64,000 nt of DNA from Octopus sinensis (Eukaryota). Shown piece after piece: positions 38,000 through 52,725 of the stretch (positions are counted from its first letter, which is position 1; each line of letters opens with the position of its first letter). The translations under genes and the position numbers were made by a program. The notes under the pieces are model-generated. The model was given only the letters and a program-made list of their open reading frames with translations, searched no databases and was not told where the DNA came from. Where the stretch lies: positions 140,926,001 to 140,990,000 of the forward strand of contig NC_042997.1 of assembly GCF_006345805.1 (NCBI RefSeq), read 5' to 3'.

Positions 38000-39780
38000 T
38001 TGACAGCCACCTCCTACAGTTTTTCAGTGATCACCAGGGCAGTTTCCGCCAAGCCATGAATACCAGAGACTCCTATATCACACATCAGTAGTCTTTAGTT
38101 TTTGATAATTTTGAGATTAATATACCCATTGTTAATATCATCAAAGACATCAACGATATTTACTAGACAGCCTGTTAGTCATGTTACTCGAGTATGATGT
38201 CTCCGATCTCCTATATTTTAGATAGAGAATTTCCCTATCTAATTGTTTCAGTTTGTACTGATGTGGCTGACTTCGACCCATACCACATCAACCCTAGCAC
38301 CCTCCAAAATAGTTATATCTCCTAGGATATTCCTTTTACAAATCTATGAGCTTCTTACGGTTACTTCGAACAAAAAAACATTAGTACTCATAGAATACGA
38401 TCTCATCCTTCAGTTTTCCATTTCTAACCACAAGCATGTGTCATCCACACTAAAATTAGTCATGCCAAGATTGCTCTATCGTATGAACACACATTGAAAC
38501 TATCTTTCACTCGGGACGTGACAACCTAGACTACTTCAAAGGCATAGAAGAACAATTGCAATTCATTATCAAAGAAACAGTATTGTACTAAGCCCTTCAT
38601 GAACATTGACGAACGGTTTAGAGCTAGGAAATATTTCACCCGTGACAAGTTGTTGTTAGAGAACAGTTACAAAAGTGAAGTAAGTCTTAAACTGGTGCGT
38701 TAAGCCCCACGTTTATGAATGGGATGTTGCAAGTGCACAAAAATCCATTCTATGGCGCATCCAAAAGAAAGCCATTCGCCTGACTGGCAGTCATTCATTT
38801 TCCGATAAGCTTTAATTAATAATTCACAATCGTCCTGTTTCTTCCTATATTTTCTGTAAGCACTACAATGGCTTCTGCTCCTCTGAACTACACACGATTA
38901 CACAACACATTTGGATTTCTGTTTCACGTAATTCTCATCTTCTTATAACTTGTCCTAAGCAATTATCAATCGTCCGTTCCAGGACTGTTGTGAATCTAAA
39001 CAATCCCATTAAGTGATCAGAGGGTTGAGGGTTGGGATGGGGGTAATGTAGAGATGGAAGAAACACAGACTGTCACCTTCGATATCCGTCCCCACCATTC
39101 TCATCCGTCCCCACCCGTTCCATTTTCCACTAGTTTCTAGCATTCCTTTTCTCTCCCAGAAACTTCAAATCTGCAATGCCATTTTCTCAATTTCCTCGAA
39201 TTGGTTCGTAATGCAGCAATGATTCGGATATTTTTCAATCACAGGAGGCTTCAATCGGTTGTAGATACAGCATAGCTAAGAGTTCAGTCCATCATCATAA
39301 CCACTCACTATACCCACACCTTCTCTTATACCCCCTACACACCCGTTATGTTCACTTCCTGTAAACATAGACCTATATTATTTTATTATCTTATTTGTTT
39401 AAATCATTAGACTGCGGCCATGCTTAGGCATTGCTGGATTCAATTTCTCTTCAAACTTCCGAACAGCCATCTTCCTATTGACACATATATTTCAGCACAA
39501 CTTCCAGTTTCTACTTTCTAACCTCATAACTATTCCGATCTTTCATGCATCACCTCTATTTCCCTTTAAAAGAGGGCTAACAATCTCTACAACCTTTTTA
39601 GTTAGGTATTATTTGACTCCAGCCATACCCAATAAAATACTTTCAAGTGAGCTCACCATATATACAATACTTGTCCCAATATCAGCAACACCATAACAAA
39701 CCTCGACATCAAATTCCAGCAGCGAACCACCCAAACCTTTAGCTGTAAGATCTCTCCACGCCATATATTGCATCACACAC
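38000..39780 (-). pseudogene. Heavily decayed RTE-like reverse transcriptase fossil
   Basis: Scattered motif remnants on the minus strand: PSFKGK*R*C (cf. PIYKGKGD..C) near 39570 and IHGLAETALVITEKL (cf. LYG.ET.AL) near 38050. Many stops. Confidence 0.45.
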
Positions 39781-40490
39781 AAACTCTGCGTAAAGATACT
39801 TTTTTTTTTACGTCGGTGGAACACACTGTCGTTTTGGTGATGGCTCTCCCTGCACCTTCGTACCGTTCACAAGGTCAACTCGTTCCTTTACAATTTCAGC
39901 ACACCTAGCGATGACATTAACGGCTTCTCTATGTCCGGTATTTAAGCATCGCACACAGCATTTTACTTATGTTTAATTGAACGTTTTCTCTGCTTTTCTT
40001 AATCTCACTCCATCATAACGGTGTCACGCTATTTGCATTACGTAGAATGTTTCTATAAATATGCTTTCACTTTTAGTTTCAATATAATTTCACTCACTGA
40101 AAATTATATTTTATCTTACTTTTAATATCTCTATTTCTTTCACGCGTATATATGAACGAACATATGTTAGTATATGTGTGAGTTTGAACATGTGTGTGAG
40201 TGTGTGTGTGGGTGTGTTTACTCGAAGCTGTGTATACATATTCATGCAAGCTCGTACGTGTGCCCGCATTGCATGTGTACGGATGTCATTTGTATATGAA
40301 TTTATTGATTATCACGGAACTATGCACTTTTGTTGGTTTGTTTGTTTGGTTGTTTAAGTACATGCGTGCTCTCACGCGCGTGCAAGTGAAAACATATGAG
40401 CTATCAGTGTATATGTGAAACTCTACGCATATGCGAATGTGTGGGTATTTCAACGGTGTGTGTGTGTGTATGTGCGTATGTGTGAGCGTG

Positions 40491-40534
<44 letters not shown>

Positions 40535-40879
40535 CAGCCTGGTAATGACTTTTTATGCATTTGTGTCTATCGACGTGTATGAATGAAGCTAGTGGCAAAG
40601 TTCTTGTTGCAGTCGCTAAAGCTAACAAAACAAAACAGAAAATTCCACCTTCCAGGCCTAAAACTAATATTCTTCGTCTTACATCCCTTCTAACACTTTA
40701 ACTGTGTATTCCACATTCAATTCCATCCTCTCCTAAATTCTTTCCTCTTCCCCCCTCTTACAACTTTTCTCACTCCAACTTTTTCTCTCTAATGCACGTA
40801 CAACAACTCATTCTCTTTTATTTTCTGTCATTTTCCTCTCTGTTCATGTTCTCGTAGACTAAGTTCGAAAAACAAGTTT

Positions 40880-40985
40880 CTCGCTTCCGAGGAAGGAATT
40901 TGTCCGAAACATCGGTAACTCTTCGTACATACGAACTTAAGCGCACAAACTTGATCATACGAACTTTACACTCCATTAATAAATA
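40880..40985 (+). ncRNA. Possible degenerate hammerhead motif (Penelope pLTR-like)
   Basis: CCGAGGA-a-GGAatttgTCC-GAAAC-atcg-GTA, with AATAAA about 60 nt downstream. Stem I is poor. Confidence 0.3.
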
Positions 40986-42289
40986 CAATTTTTCACAACT
41001 CAAACCAATACCAGTCTAGCAATGTGTTTTTAAGTGTATGGATTTTGACGAAGTTTTTCCATGTCTTCATAACAAAATTTACTGATTTTTTTTTGACATA
41101 AAAAACTACCTGTAAAAAAAAAATCATCAATAGACTTCCCCTGTAAGAATCATATAAATAAATTATTTTTGCAATAGATTTATTTTGGCTTTGATTCCAA
41201 ACCTCAGTCAATATAATATTGATCTGATACATAGGTGTCTAAGCGGAATCAGTGTGCTTTACAGAATAACCGACTTCTAGAGATAAAAAAAAAACTGATA
41301 AGTTACATTTATTTCCCTGCCAGTTTTTATATCTGCAATATAATCTAGTTACCCTTTAGATATTTTCCCGCATGTCTCACCAACCAATTTTTGGCAATCT
41401 AAACACACTAACAACCCCTACACGCGAGTATTCTTCGAAATTATATTGTTAAGTAAGTTATTTCAATCGCTTTTCCCACGTTCGATGTTCAAACATGTCA
41501 ATACTTGTAACTCACTATGTTGGTTTGAATTTTAATAATTGTGTTATTTTCTTCTTAGAGTATAGGATATAAAGGAGCAGTAATAGTCCAAATGGGATCA
41601 AATACGAGTGGAGGTTGGTGACACTCGGGTTGCTAAGATGGAATTTTTTCCACATCAAGAGTACAATGACCTAGGGTCTCATTTGTTCATAAGTGATCAT
41701 GGATTTCTGTGGCTGGGCAAGGTTCTAATGGTGGAAAACTGTCTTACCCATGCATGCAATCTCTGCTGTTCCTGCATCAATCATATCCAGTTGAGAGCAA
41801 GGCCATTACCACTTGGCATCAGTGTCATAGCAAGTATTGCCGGCAGAACGCAAAGTGCGAGAACAGAATTAGCAAGGCACCTCATCCGACGTTCTCTGAC
41901 TGTTTCGCAAATTTAAGGCGGCGAATCGGCAGAGTCGTTAGAGCATCGGATAGAATACTTCGCGGTATTTGTTCCGATTCTTTGCGCTCTGAGATCAAAT
42001 GTTGTCGAAGTCAAGGTTTACTTTTCATCAATTCGTGGGAGGGGCTCTATAAAAAATTGTGCCTCGATTATAGCCTGTTTTAGGTAAATCGGTTCAAAGT
42101 GACAAGAATCGCATTTGCTAAATCGATTAGTGTTCCGATTAAAATATTAGAATCCGTATGAACAAACGAAGAAGCTTCTACGTGATCACTCGACCTGCTA
42201 GAAACAGCAACCAAACCTCACACGAATCGCACACTATCGTATTGATTAATATAATCCTAAATACACTCATTGCAAAATAAAAGGGATGG

Positions 42290-42485
42290 TTGGCTGAATC
42301 GTTAGGAGATCGGGAAAATGCCTTGTGCTATTTATTCCAGGTCTCTTTACAAGCTGAGTTCGTATCTAGCTGAAGTCAACTTAGCCATTAATCTTCCTGG
42401 GTCGATAAAATGAAGTATTGGGGTCGATGTAATCAACTAACACATGCCTCTCAAAAGTTTTATTTTACTGAAACCTAAATTAGAC
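42290..42485 (+). mobile_element. SINE family 1, old copy
   Basis: ggctgaatcgttag; ctgagttcgtatc; ggggtcgatgtaatcaact. Confidence 0.65.
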
Positions 42486-43124
42486 AACATGAAAGGCATG
42501 TTAAATTTAAGATGACTTGGGGTTATCCAACAACAACTATTTACTAGACACACCATTCTGTAATGCGTTTGCTTCGATTGTGTCTATTTCTTAAATAATG
42601 CAGAGAATATACTGACACTAAATAAACATCGTAGTTAAACCTGTACGAGCCGACGAGAGCGCTTATACATTATTAATCGATTTGTTAAAATAGTAGCTAA
42701 ACGTTTCTCAAATTACACTCTGCCGACTTCAAAAGGAAAATCGCGTACTGGATACACAATGCTTGGAAGGAAAACAGGATAGCCTTGATTGAAACATTTT
42801 TAATGGTAGGGATGAGTTAGAGCTAAACATGAACGACTACGACGACAACTGCTACTACAACAACTAAATCTACTCAGATCGGATATCATTAAGCCTACGT
42901 AGCTTTTAGATAAAATAAATGACAGTAGAGACGCCATATGTTCCTAGATACCAATATTTCAATTTTACTTAATATATAAAAATCTGAACAATTTCTGTTA
43001 TATTTAGCAGCCATAAATAGAGAGACACTGACAAAGAATTTTGCTTTTGTATTTTAATTCTGCGTTCACACATTAGCAACACTTTCTCACTTCCTTTTTG
43101 TCTTGGTTTATGTTATTTAGGTGC

Positions 43125-43310
43125 CGAGGCAGCGAATTGGTTCAACTGTAAACGTATAGAATACGTGGTTTAGCAGTACTGCTTCTGGCACTTTACATTC
43201 TGAGTTCAAGTCGACTTTGCCTTTCATCCTTTCGGGGTCGATGAAATAAAGTATCCGTCAAGTACTGGGGTAGATAAAATCGACTAATATATTTTCATCA
43301 AATTTCAAGC
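43125..43310 (+). mobile_element. SINE family 1
   Basis: cattctgagttcaagtcgactttgcctttcatcctttcggggtcgat. Confidence 0.7.
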
Positions 43311-43347
43311 TTTATGCTCATAAGAGACAAAATTATTTGGGTACTTG

Positions 43348-43560
43348 AGGCGGTAAGCTGGCAGAATTGTTAGTGCGTTGGACACAGTGAATAGCAGCAT
43401 TGCTTCCGGCTCTTTACGTTCTGAGTTCAAACCCCATCGAGGTTGACTTTGCCTTTCATCCGTTCAGAGTCGATAAAATAAAGTACCAGTCAAGTACTGG
43501 GATTGACAGTGTCGACAACACTCTCCCCAACACTGTTGACCTTGTACCAAAATTTGAAAC
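43348..43560 (+). mobile_element. SINE family 1
   Basis: ggcggtaagctggcagaattgttag; tacgttctgagttcaaaccc. Confidence 0.75.
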
Positions 43561-45884
43561 CTTTATTTCGGTACTCGCGAATAATTATATTTGCTTTCAT
43601 TGTTTGCTGCACAAGGGATTAGAATGTGTCGCCTGCCACCTGCAAATATTATCTAAGTAAATTATTCATTCTTGAAATGTCGAGTAAATATGACGCATAT
43701 CTCAGTCTCATGCTACATTAACATAAGAGATTACCCCGGCCCCACCTCACCCTGATTGCGTTGATTGGCTAATTGACTGTATAACGATCAGTTCTGAATT
43801 CTCTTTCCCGGCACAAGCATTAACGGACGTGTGTTTGTGTGATTCCGTGCTCTAGACATGCTCAAGCTGTCAGGTTGTCTCAAAATTTAAGCCATAAGAC
43901 TAAACTAGAAAAAAAAAACGATAATTTTTTTTAACAAACTTATAGAAAGAAGGTTAATCCGAAAACAAACGATTGTTTTAATATAAACCTAGCTTCCATT
44001 ATTGAGAAGTGAATATAACAAAGTATTTCTGCCGTATGATGCTGTATGATGTAGAGTTTGGTCTTTTGATGGAAAATCAATGGAAGAAAAAAACGTCAAA
44101 ACAAAACACTGAATAAAATAAGAAAAGAATCAAATAAAAATAACACTATTAAAAAAAATGATGTATCATTTGGAAGTACAACAGACACATCCGAAGAATT
44201 GTTCTTTGCCAAAGAAAAACAAAATAATTAAAAAAATATTTATATTTGTATGAAAGAACATGTGAAGAAACGAAAAAATAAGACAAAAAATACATCATTA
44301 ATGAAATCGATGCCAAAAGAAAGAAAGAAATAGACAGAAACGAATTTAATTCTTTGATTGAGGTTTCTTCAATCTAAGCTGAAATCGGCTTTTTTTTATT
44401 GAGATATAAAAAAAAAAAAATAATATGAGCTGCAGTAGTAGCAGCAGCAGTAGCAGAAGCAGCAGAAACCGCAGAAATAAGAGCAGCAATAACAACGATA
44501 AAAACAACTAGGACCACTACAACTTCAAGATCAGCATGAAAGAAAATAAATCTGACTGGAAAACTCTTGGAATGAACCAAGATGACGAGGAAATTATCAG
44601 TGAGCAGAAAACTGGTACCATTCAAAATTTTCAGATCTCAGTCTTGTAGTTTATTATTCGATTTTTTTTTAGATCGTGAACGAAATTCTGAAGAATAAAT
44701 TTAATGTCTCAGCAGAGACGTCTGAGTGCAGTGCTAACGCCGAGAAAAAATGCGTTTATCCGATAAAGCGTAAAAGAAGTATATATATCCAGTCAAAATT
44801 TATTTAGATATTCAAATATTTGCACTCTATACTTTGAAACATTTGTTGTATTCTCCATTATTATATCATATAAAGTTCGGCAACGATTTGTAAAATTTCT
44901 GATTCCAACAAGATATAACACCCTAGTTTCAGTATTAAGTACTTCTTTTCTCCTTCTTCACATGTGTGAGTTTACTCACACAAACACACGTGCGTGCCTA
45001 CCCCCACACATACACAATCATACACATATATGTGTGTACGTATGTATTATGTATGTGTATGTGTGTGTGTGCGTTCGTGCGTGCATGCGTGTGTATGCGT
45101 GTGTGCGTATGTATGCATGTCTATAGGCATGTCTTTATAAATATATGTTTAGTATTAATTTGTTAATTTATCGAAAACATTTGATCAGAATATATATAAT
45201 TGAACGAAAAACAATAAATCTACGTAGCAGTTTCTCAAATCATCTATTAATGGAAATCTAGCAAATATTCGTACAACTGAAAATAGGTCAAAGGAAAGAC
45301 GTTGTATTGTCAAGTTTTATGAAAATAATGACTTTTTAAATAGCGGAATGTTACAATGTGTGTGTGTGTGTGTGTGTGTGTAATGTTAAGACCAGTGTAG
45401 TTTATGCTAAAGTACTTTTAGGAACTTTATCAAAGTTGTTTTAAAATCTGTGCTCACTGAATTATATTTGAAAATGAAGCTAATGATTTTGCTGTGCGAA
45501 GAAATTAGCAACTCAACAAAATTATAAAAACGCCGAAGATATTATGTTACGAGTGATTGCATATAAATACTCCACTATACTAATTTATCCTACTTTACAA
45601 GATAGTAATAACAAGCAGATACATTAATGCGTTATCGGAGACATCTTTAATAGGAGGAATTTTCCTCGACCTCAGCCAATTGGATTTCAAAGTAATTTTA
45701 ACACTTTAAGGCAAGAACACTACTTTTGATGGCGTTAAACAATCTCAAGGAAGATAGCTTAATGCTGTTTGGGAATATACAAAAAAATTTTGTATTCAGA
45801 CTTTAGATCACTAAAGTATATATCTTAAACACAATATATAAAATGAAACATTAGCTTAACATTTTAGCACAAGGACAATAAAAT

Positions 45885-46268
45885 CGAGTGAGTGGTAAGT
45901 CGATTACATTGGCCTCATTGCTTGCCTGGTTCGCTTTTTATCGACTCCGAAATAATGAAAGGTAAAGTCGGACACGGTAGCATATGAACTGAGAACATAA
46001 AGTTAGGAAAATACTACTAAACATTTTGTTCGTAGTGCTAACGATTTTTATTTCTTTACTACCCACAAGGAGCTACACACAGAGGGGACAAACAAGGACA
46101 GACAAACAGATTAAATTGATCCCAGTGCGTAACTGGTACTTATTTAATCGACCCCGGAAGGATGAAAGGCAAAGTCGACCTCGACGGAATTTGAACTCAG
46201 AACGGATCGACAGACGAAATACCGCTGAGCATTTCGCCCGGTGCGCTAACGTTTCTGCCAGCTCGCCG
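45885..46268 (-). mobile_element. SINE family 1 tandem pair with linker cassette
   Basis: Younger monomer 46268-46050 with the cassette, followed by an older monomer 46045-45885 in the same orientation. Confidence 0.8.
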
Positions 46269-46586
46269 TGTTAATTAAGTATATAAATATTAATTATAAC
46301 TAAATCAACTTATATACATTAGATACTAATTAATAAAAATTTTAAACATGCTATGATAGCATTCATAAACTGTAAAAATTGATGTATAAGAAGACAACGG
46401 AAAACAAAAAACTTACAAATAAATAATTAACATTGAATTAACTTGTATAAACATATATAAATAATTAAATACTAATTTCTGATCGTTTCAAGCAGTTTTA
46501 GAAAATATAGTCTAACGCTATGGTAAATGGAATATACAAACCAGAAGTAAATTCCTAAATTCTCATAGCAGTATAATTTCAGATCT

Positions 46587-46637
<51 letters not shown>

Positions 46638-46643
46638 ATGTGT

Positions 46644-46680
<37 letters not shown>

Positions 46681-46887
46681 AGAAGAAAAAAAGGTTTAAA
46701 AAGACCAGGCAGATATCAATAAAGAATTCAGTTTTAAACGAATTTGTTTAACTATATCAAACAATCAGACACCAATAGATACAAGTAGAATACACATCCA
46801 AGGTCATTCCTCATGTATGACAAGTGGATCCAAATATCATTTAGAAAAAATTCGAGAAATTCAGAGAATTAGATAACAAAAATACGT

Positions 46888-47300
46888 ATAGGCGCAGGAA
46901 GGGCTGTATGGAAAGTAGCTTGCTAACCAACCACATTGGTCCGAGTTCAGTCCCACTGCGTGGTACCTTGGGCAAATGCCTTCTACTATAGCCTCAGCCC
47001 GGCCAAAGCCTTGTCAGTGGATGTGGTAGACGGAAACTGAAAGAACCGCGTCGTATATATATATATGTATGTATGTATATGTTTGTGTGCTTGTGTTTGT
47101 CCCGCCACCTCTTCGCTTGACAACCGATGCTGGTGTGTTTACGTCCCCGTTAATTAGCAGTTCGGCAAAATAGATCGATAGAATAAGTACCGGGCTTACA
47201 AATAATAACTTCTGGGGTCGATTTGTTCGACTAAAGATGGTGCTCCTGCATAGCCGCAGTCAAATGACTGAAACGGGTAAAAGAATAAAAGAATAAAGAA
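46888..47300 (+). mobile_element. SINE family 2
   Basis: Full head-to-tail match, ending in an (aaaagaat)n tail. Confidence 0.85.
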
Positions 47301-48139
47301 AATTAGATCTTTAATTGTAGAATTCACCTTATAAAACCTACAATTTGTTCTGTTTTGTTAACATATTTAGATACAGAAAATACTGAAATTAACATTTTTG
47401 AAAATACATGTTAAAACGTTTTCAAGGCGATCCAAAATTAGTTAAAATCAGAGTGAACTAAGGAAATATCTTCAGTACACGAACGCATACAAAAAGAACT
47501 CTGAGAAGAAATATAATCTAAGAAAAGCTATTTTTGTATTCAATTCTTGGAGATGGTCAGTAGTTAACGAACGAGTAAAAATTAAACATAAGAATTCTAC
47601 GTTGCGATAATTAGAAATCGTGCAGTGTGATCTAACCAACAAATTCATGGCTGTGTGTTTGCGAATGGATTTGCTTAACCACACATCCAAACTTCCACTA
47701 AAAGTTTATTGTTTGTTTTACGGTGTTCGCCACTTCAGTCTTTTACTTTTTTCCTTAACTACTCACAAAATACTGTATTATCGAAGTAGTGTTACGGGGA
47801 CTTCTGACGTCAACGCATTCCAAGAATGCAATAACAGTGCAAATGTAATGAAATAGTTTCTGTCAGGAATCAAAATTGCACTGTAGACTTAGGCTTCCTG
47901 GAGTGCTTGCTTTTGACTTTGGTGTTTGCTAAACGCCAGATTTCGAGGTGTTACCTGCATAAGTGTTGCTGAAACATGTGTCAATTTACAGCTTGTGTAA
48001 CTCTTTCACCATTTTATTTGAGCTAAGTGGTAGGTAGGGATAGGATTTGCGCAACTGAGTCTGCAGAAGAGAATATGAACGAGGAGATGTAAACTCGTGA
48101 TAAGAATAACATCAGCTTCTCTTGCTGAGCAAATAATTC

Positions 48140-48345
48140 TTTCTAAATTTGGTACAAGACCACCGATTTTATGGTGGTGAGGGAATCCATTACACCGGTG
48201 CGAGTGCTCAAATGGTACTTATTTTATTGACCCCGAATGTGTAAAAGACATAGCCGACCTCGGTGGCATTTGACCTTAGATAGAAGAAATGCCGCTGAAC
48301 ATTTTGTCCGGCGTGGTAACAATTCTGCCACCTCACCGCTTTGGC
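48140..48345 (-). mobile_element. SINE family 1, old copy
   Basis: Reverse-complement consensus blocks (attgaccccgaa, ccgacctcggtggcatttga, aattctgccacctcaccgc). Confidence 0.65.
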
Positions 48346-49464
48346 TAAATAATAAATTTCAGAGCTTGGTCCCTAAAGAACCGTAAATTATACGAGCGAG
48401 CAGGTAGATCAGGTTGACATTCTGAGATATTTCACAAGCACAGCAATAATGTGTATTAATTGAAACAAATACAGCTGAGTTTTATTCATAATTAAACAAA
48501 CAAACGTTGTTGTTAATGAAAAACTGCGAGAGTTCTGAGACCAAAGTGAGCAACTTTAATATAAAACACCAGAAAAGAGAAACAAGCTTTATCTAATTAT
48601 CTCGTGAAACAAAGATGATCAGGTTCTAGAAAACAGATAAATATAATCATTCGATGATTGAATCAGCATGGTACGACTGATCAATAAATGACACTTTTAG
48701 AAATAACAATACAATACATAATCATCATTTCTAAATTTTCATGGCAACATAATTGCAGATATCGTATCACATGTGTTATAAATATGTCGTCTGTTGCTAT
48801 GTTCTGTTTTCCGGTATGTGTGGAGTGATTTAAACCTGTAGGTGGTCTTCTCTCTTTCTTTCCCTTTCAACTCCATTTCCACTTAGCTTGATTTGAAAGG
48901 TAAAAAATTAAGAATGAAGACATTTTTAAATCAATAAATTAATAATTGAATAAATAAATATACTTCGTGTGTATTACGAGGTGCTAAAAATATCAAATGT
49001 CTCATATTTTCTCTAAATAGCAACAATTGGACGGCTAAAAGAAATGCATGCTTCAGTTAATTCGTCATAGTTTTTCAAAATGAAATGAAAGAATTGCTTA
49101 TAGTTTTGAAACAAATAGAAATTAACAACTTAGAATGTAATATAGTTGGATATATTTGATTGAAGTTGAATTAGCGAAGCCAAGTTAATGTAAGCTATTA
49201 TCTATAATTGCATTATATCAATTAGGTGTGAAGCTTCAATGTTTACAGGGATGTTACAAAAGCTTCCCATGAAAATTACCTGCTTTTAAGAGACTCGTAA
49301 AAATCACCCAAAATTTATCCCCTTATATTATCTGCGTTAGTTCAGCTTATGAGAAAATGATGTAGCCTTCAGCTATCTTGTTTAAAGTATTGCATAAAAC
49401 ATTTAGTTAAAGCTACACATAGTAACCAGAGACTATCTTTATAATATGCAGAGTAAACATATAT

Positions 49465-49645
49465 TGATTTCAAATTTTGGCATAAGGCCAGCAGTTTTAT
49501 GAGAGGGAGTCAAGTCGATTAAATCGACCCCGGGCACTTATTTTATCATCCAAAAGGATGAAAGGCAAAGTGAACATCGGCGGAATTTGAACTCAGAACG
49601 TGAAGACGGGCGAACTGCCGCTAAGAATATTTCCTCTCGCCACCT
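49465..49645 (-). mobile_element. SINE family 1
   Basis: aaaggatgaaaggcaaagtgaacatcggcggaatttgaactcagaacgt. Confidence 0.7.
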
Positions 49646-50484
49646 TTGGATAAAGAAATGTTGATTTTAAATGTGTATGTTCTGTATACCTTCTTTACTC
49701 TTTGATTTAAATTTCAAACTTCAAAACTGCCTAAACTTAACTTAGTCTGTTAGGGTTTGTCTTCTATATGGCAGTTAACCAGCAGGGATATACCACGTAT
49801 TCAGTTGGAAATTACCAGATTATTTGTCAAGGCGCTCCGCTAACCTTGTGAACCACTGTTTTATTCTTCATTGTATCATGTTTTAACTAAGAACGGGTTG
49901 TTTGAAAGATAGGAATATTTATGCGGTGATTCAAAACAAGATATTCTGGAGTGGTTTCTACTTCGTTTTCACCAATGGGAAAGCGAAACTTTGAAGTTAT
50001 GCCGGTAAGCTAAATTATTATTCATAGATTGTACAGCTTTCTTGCAACTAAAACTAGTGAGCCAGATTGGTAGACAGGGTTATTCACGCTACGGTATGGC
50101 ATATTAACACACACAAACACATACACATACACACAGACACATTGAGCTACATCCATATTTATTTAATCTCACTGTGAAATTACACCGCCAATGGCTCTTT
50201 CGGTAGCTTGGCTTCAAGAGCAAATTGACTGATTTCATTACAGCCCATCAAGGTTCGCTTAACTACTCTTCTGAAAATTCCAAACTAAAATCGTGGACGA
50301 TCACTAATTACAATGTAAAGAGTATTTCATAGGAGAGACTACAAATGGATATGATACCTTATGTATATTTATAGCTTACTCATATACAAGCGTCACTAAA
50401 AATAAGTGTCAAGAACAACAAACAACAGATACTATGAAAACAAGTTTAGTAAGCGGTGATATGGCGATGCATTTATGAAGCTCA

Positions 50485-50673
<189 letters not shown>

Positions 50674-50737
50674 TTATTCACGCTACGGTATAGTATATTA
50701 ATGCACACACGCACACACACATCTTTTAACCACCAAT

Positions 50738-51145
50738 GATCATAGTATTGAATGATCATAGCTTAATTATAGTTAAGATAACATTGACAGCTGTTTCTGT
50801 TTGTTGTTTATGAGTCAAACGTGCGTTTATTTCGTTCCATGTAACAAACATCATCAGTATGATTTGAACTTTACCAGAGGAATAGGGATTTCCATTGTAA
50901 GCGGTGGGTGAGGTCTGTTAATTTTGCAATCACTTCTTTTAGACATACATTTGTTGGTGGAATTGGTATATCCTTTAATGATGCTTCTATTGTTATTTGC
51001 TCCTCTGGTGAAGTTCAAATCATTCTGATGATGTTTGTTACATGGAACGAGATAAACGCAAGTTTACCTCAAAAACAACCAACTGAAACAGCAGTAAATG
51101 TTATCTTAACTATAATTAAACTATGCTCATTCAATACTAATGATC
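50738..51145. repeat. Inverted repeat, arms of about 145 bp with a 120-bp spacer (old foldback element)
   Basis: 50738-50881 is the reverse complement of 51001-51145 with scattered mismatches. Confidence 0.85.
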
Positions 51146-52289
51146 GCTTAATTATTACGTGTTGCTCCATTTCTTCTCTTATTTTATTCATGCGATACAA
51201 CTCTATCCTTCTCCATCCTTCTCTAATTCCCCTTTCTCCCCTCTCTCTTTCGCCGTTTTCTATCTGTCTCTCTGCCCCTCTTTCTCCTTTTCTCTCTTTC
51301 GTTGCTCACACCTGACCATCGTCCATTTTTCTTTTCCTCACGTGACCATCTTTCTTTTCTTGCGCGGACATTCAGAAGACTGGATATTTTATTTCTCTCT
51401 CTTCCATCTTTTCTCTCTTAAAAGAAAATATTTCTCCCAGCGTTCACTATTTTCCAATCGTTCTGGTTTAACGACCCTCCATGTTTGTTTTCGTTCGGTT
51501 TCCTTGTATGTCTCTACTGTCCTGTTTTTGTTTCCAATTTTGACCCTCCATAAATCCTAAATTTTATTTTAAAATTTCTTGGAGCAACTATCTTTGAAGT
51601 CTCCTATTGTCATTGGATGCTCGAAATGAGGAGTAGATAGACAGCCGACAAATGTGTTTACTTGTCCTGTTTTTACTTATTTCATGTTGTTTGCACAGTT
51701 GGTGACGTCCTGTACCCATATATGCATATACATATGTGTGTGTGTGTTAGTTTGTGTGTGTGTGTGCGTGTGCAAGTGTGAGTGTATGACCGCCGTTCAA
51801 AAGCTTTACAACCTGTGTTGATTTGCTGTTCGGTAACAGAAACTGATAAAAGAAGTACTTAAAAAATATATATATACAATTATTGAGGGCGATTTATTCG
51901 ATTAAAACCCTTCAAGGTAGTGCCCTAGAGAGCTTCAGCCCAACGACTGAAACAAATGAAAGATAAGACAATAAAAGATATGCCGCATGTGCGTCTTTTA
52001 AAGTGTTCTGTCATGAGCCGTCGACTCTTCGTTTGAGCAGTTGGTTGGCAAACGCATCGACCTAGAAATCTGTGACTCATTATTCTCAAACAATAAACGT
52101 TAATTAGAAAGATTTACTTAGCCGATAACTAGGAATACCAGAAACTTGCAATGATTAGTTTGAACGAAAATTGACGTTTGTATTTCAGACTTGTTACTTT
52201 GTTCTAATTAATGTCTTAAAACATTGTTAAATTTGAAACCAATAAACAAACAAACTTGGAGTATGTAAATAACACATTGTAGGAGCAGG

Positions 52290-52725
52290 CGTGACAATGT
52301 AGTTAAGAAACTCGCTTTGCAGCTACATGGTTGAGGCTTCAGTGTCACTGTATGGAACCTTGAGTAAGTGTCTTTTACTATGCCTTGTGAGTGAATTTGG
52401 ACGAAGGAAACTGTGTGGAAGCCCGTCGTACACACATACACGCATACCTACACACACACACACCCACCAGTATATCCTCGTACATATACCTATGAATGTG
52501 TGTTTTTGTGTCTATAGTGGTTACCCCAACTACCGCTCGACAACCGGTGTTGGTTTGTTGGTCCCCCGTAACTTAGTGGTTCCGCAAAAGAGACCAAAAT
52601 AATAAGTATCAGATTTAAAAACAAAAACACTAGAAATGGAGACGACCTGTTCGAGTAAGACCCCTTCAAGGCGCTGCTCAGCTTGGTCACAGTCGAACGA
52701 CTGAAACAAGTAGAAAAATAGAAGT
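52290..52725 (+). mobile_element. SINE family 2
   Basis: Head aggagcaggcgtgacaatgtagttaag through tail gactgaaacaagtagaaaaat. Confidence 0.75.

Noticed and set aside
41608-42083. Two overlapping ORFs of 102 and 124 aa
   Set aside because: No motif recognised; the 3' part is a family 1 SINE and the rest is probably an unclassified repeat.
44510-44650. Short protein-like frame MKENKSDWKTLGMNQDDEEIISEQKTG
   Set aside because: Under 50 codons, bounded by stops, with no convincing splice sites or recognisable motif.
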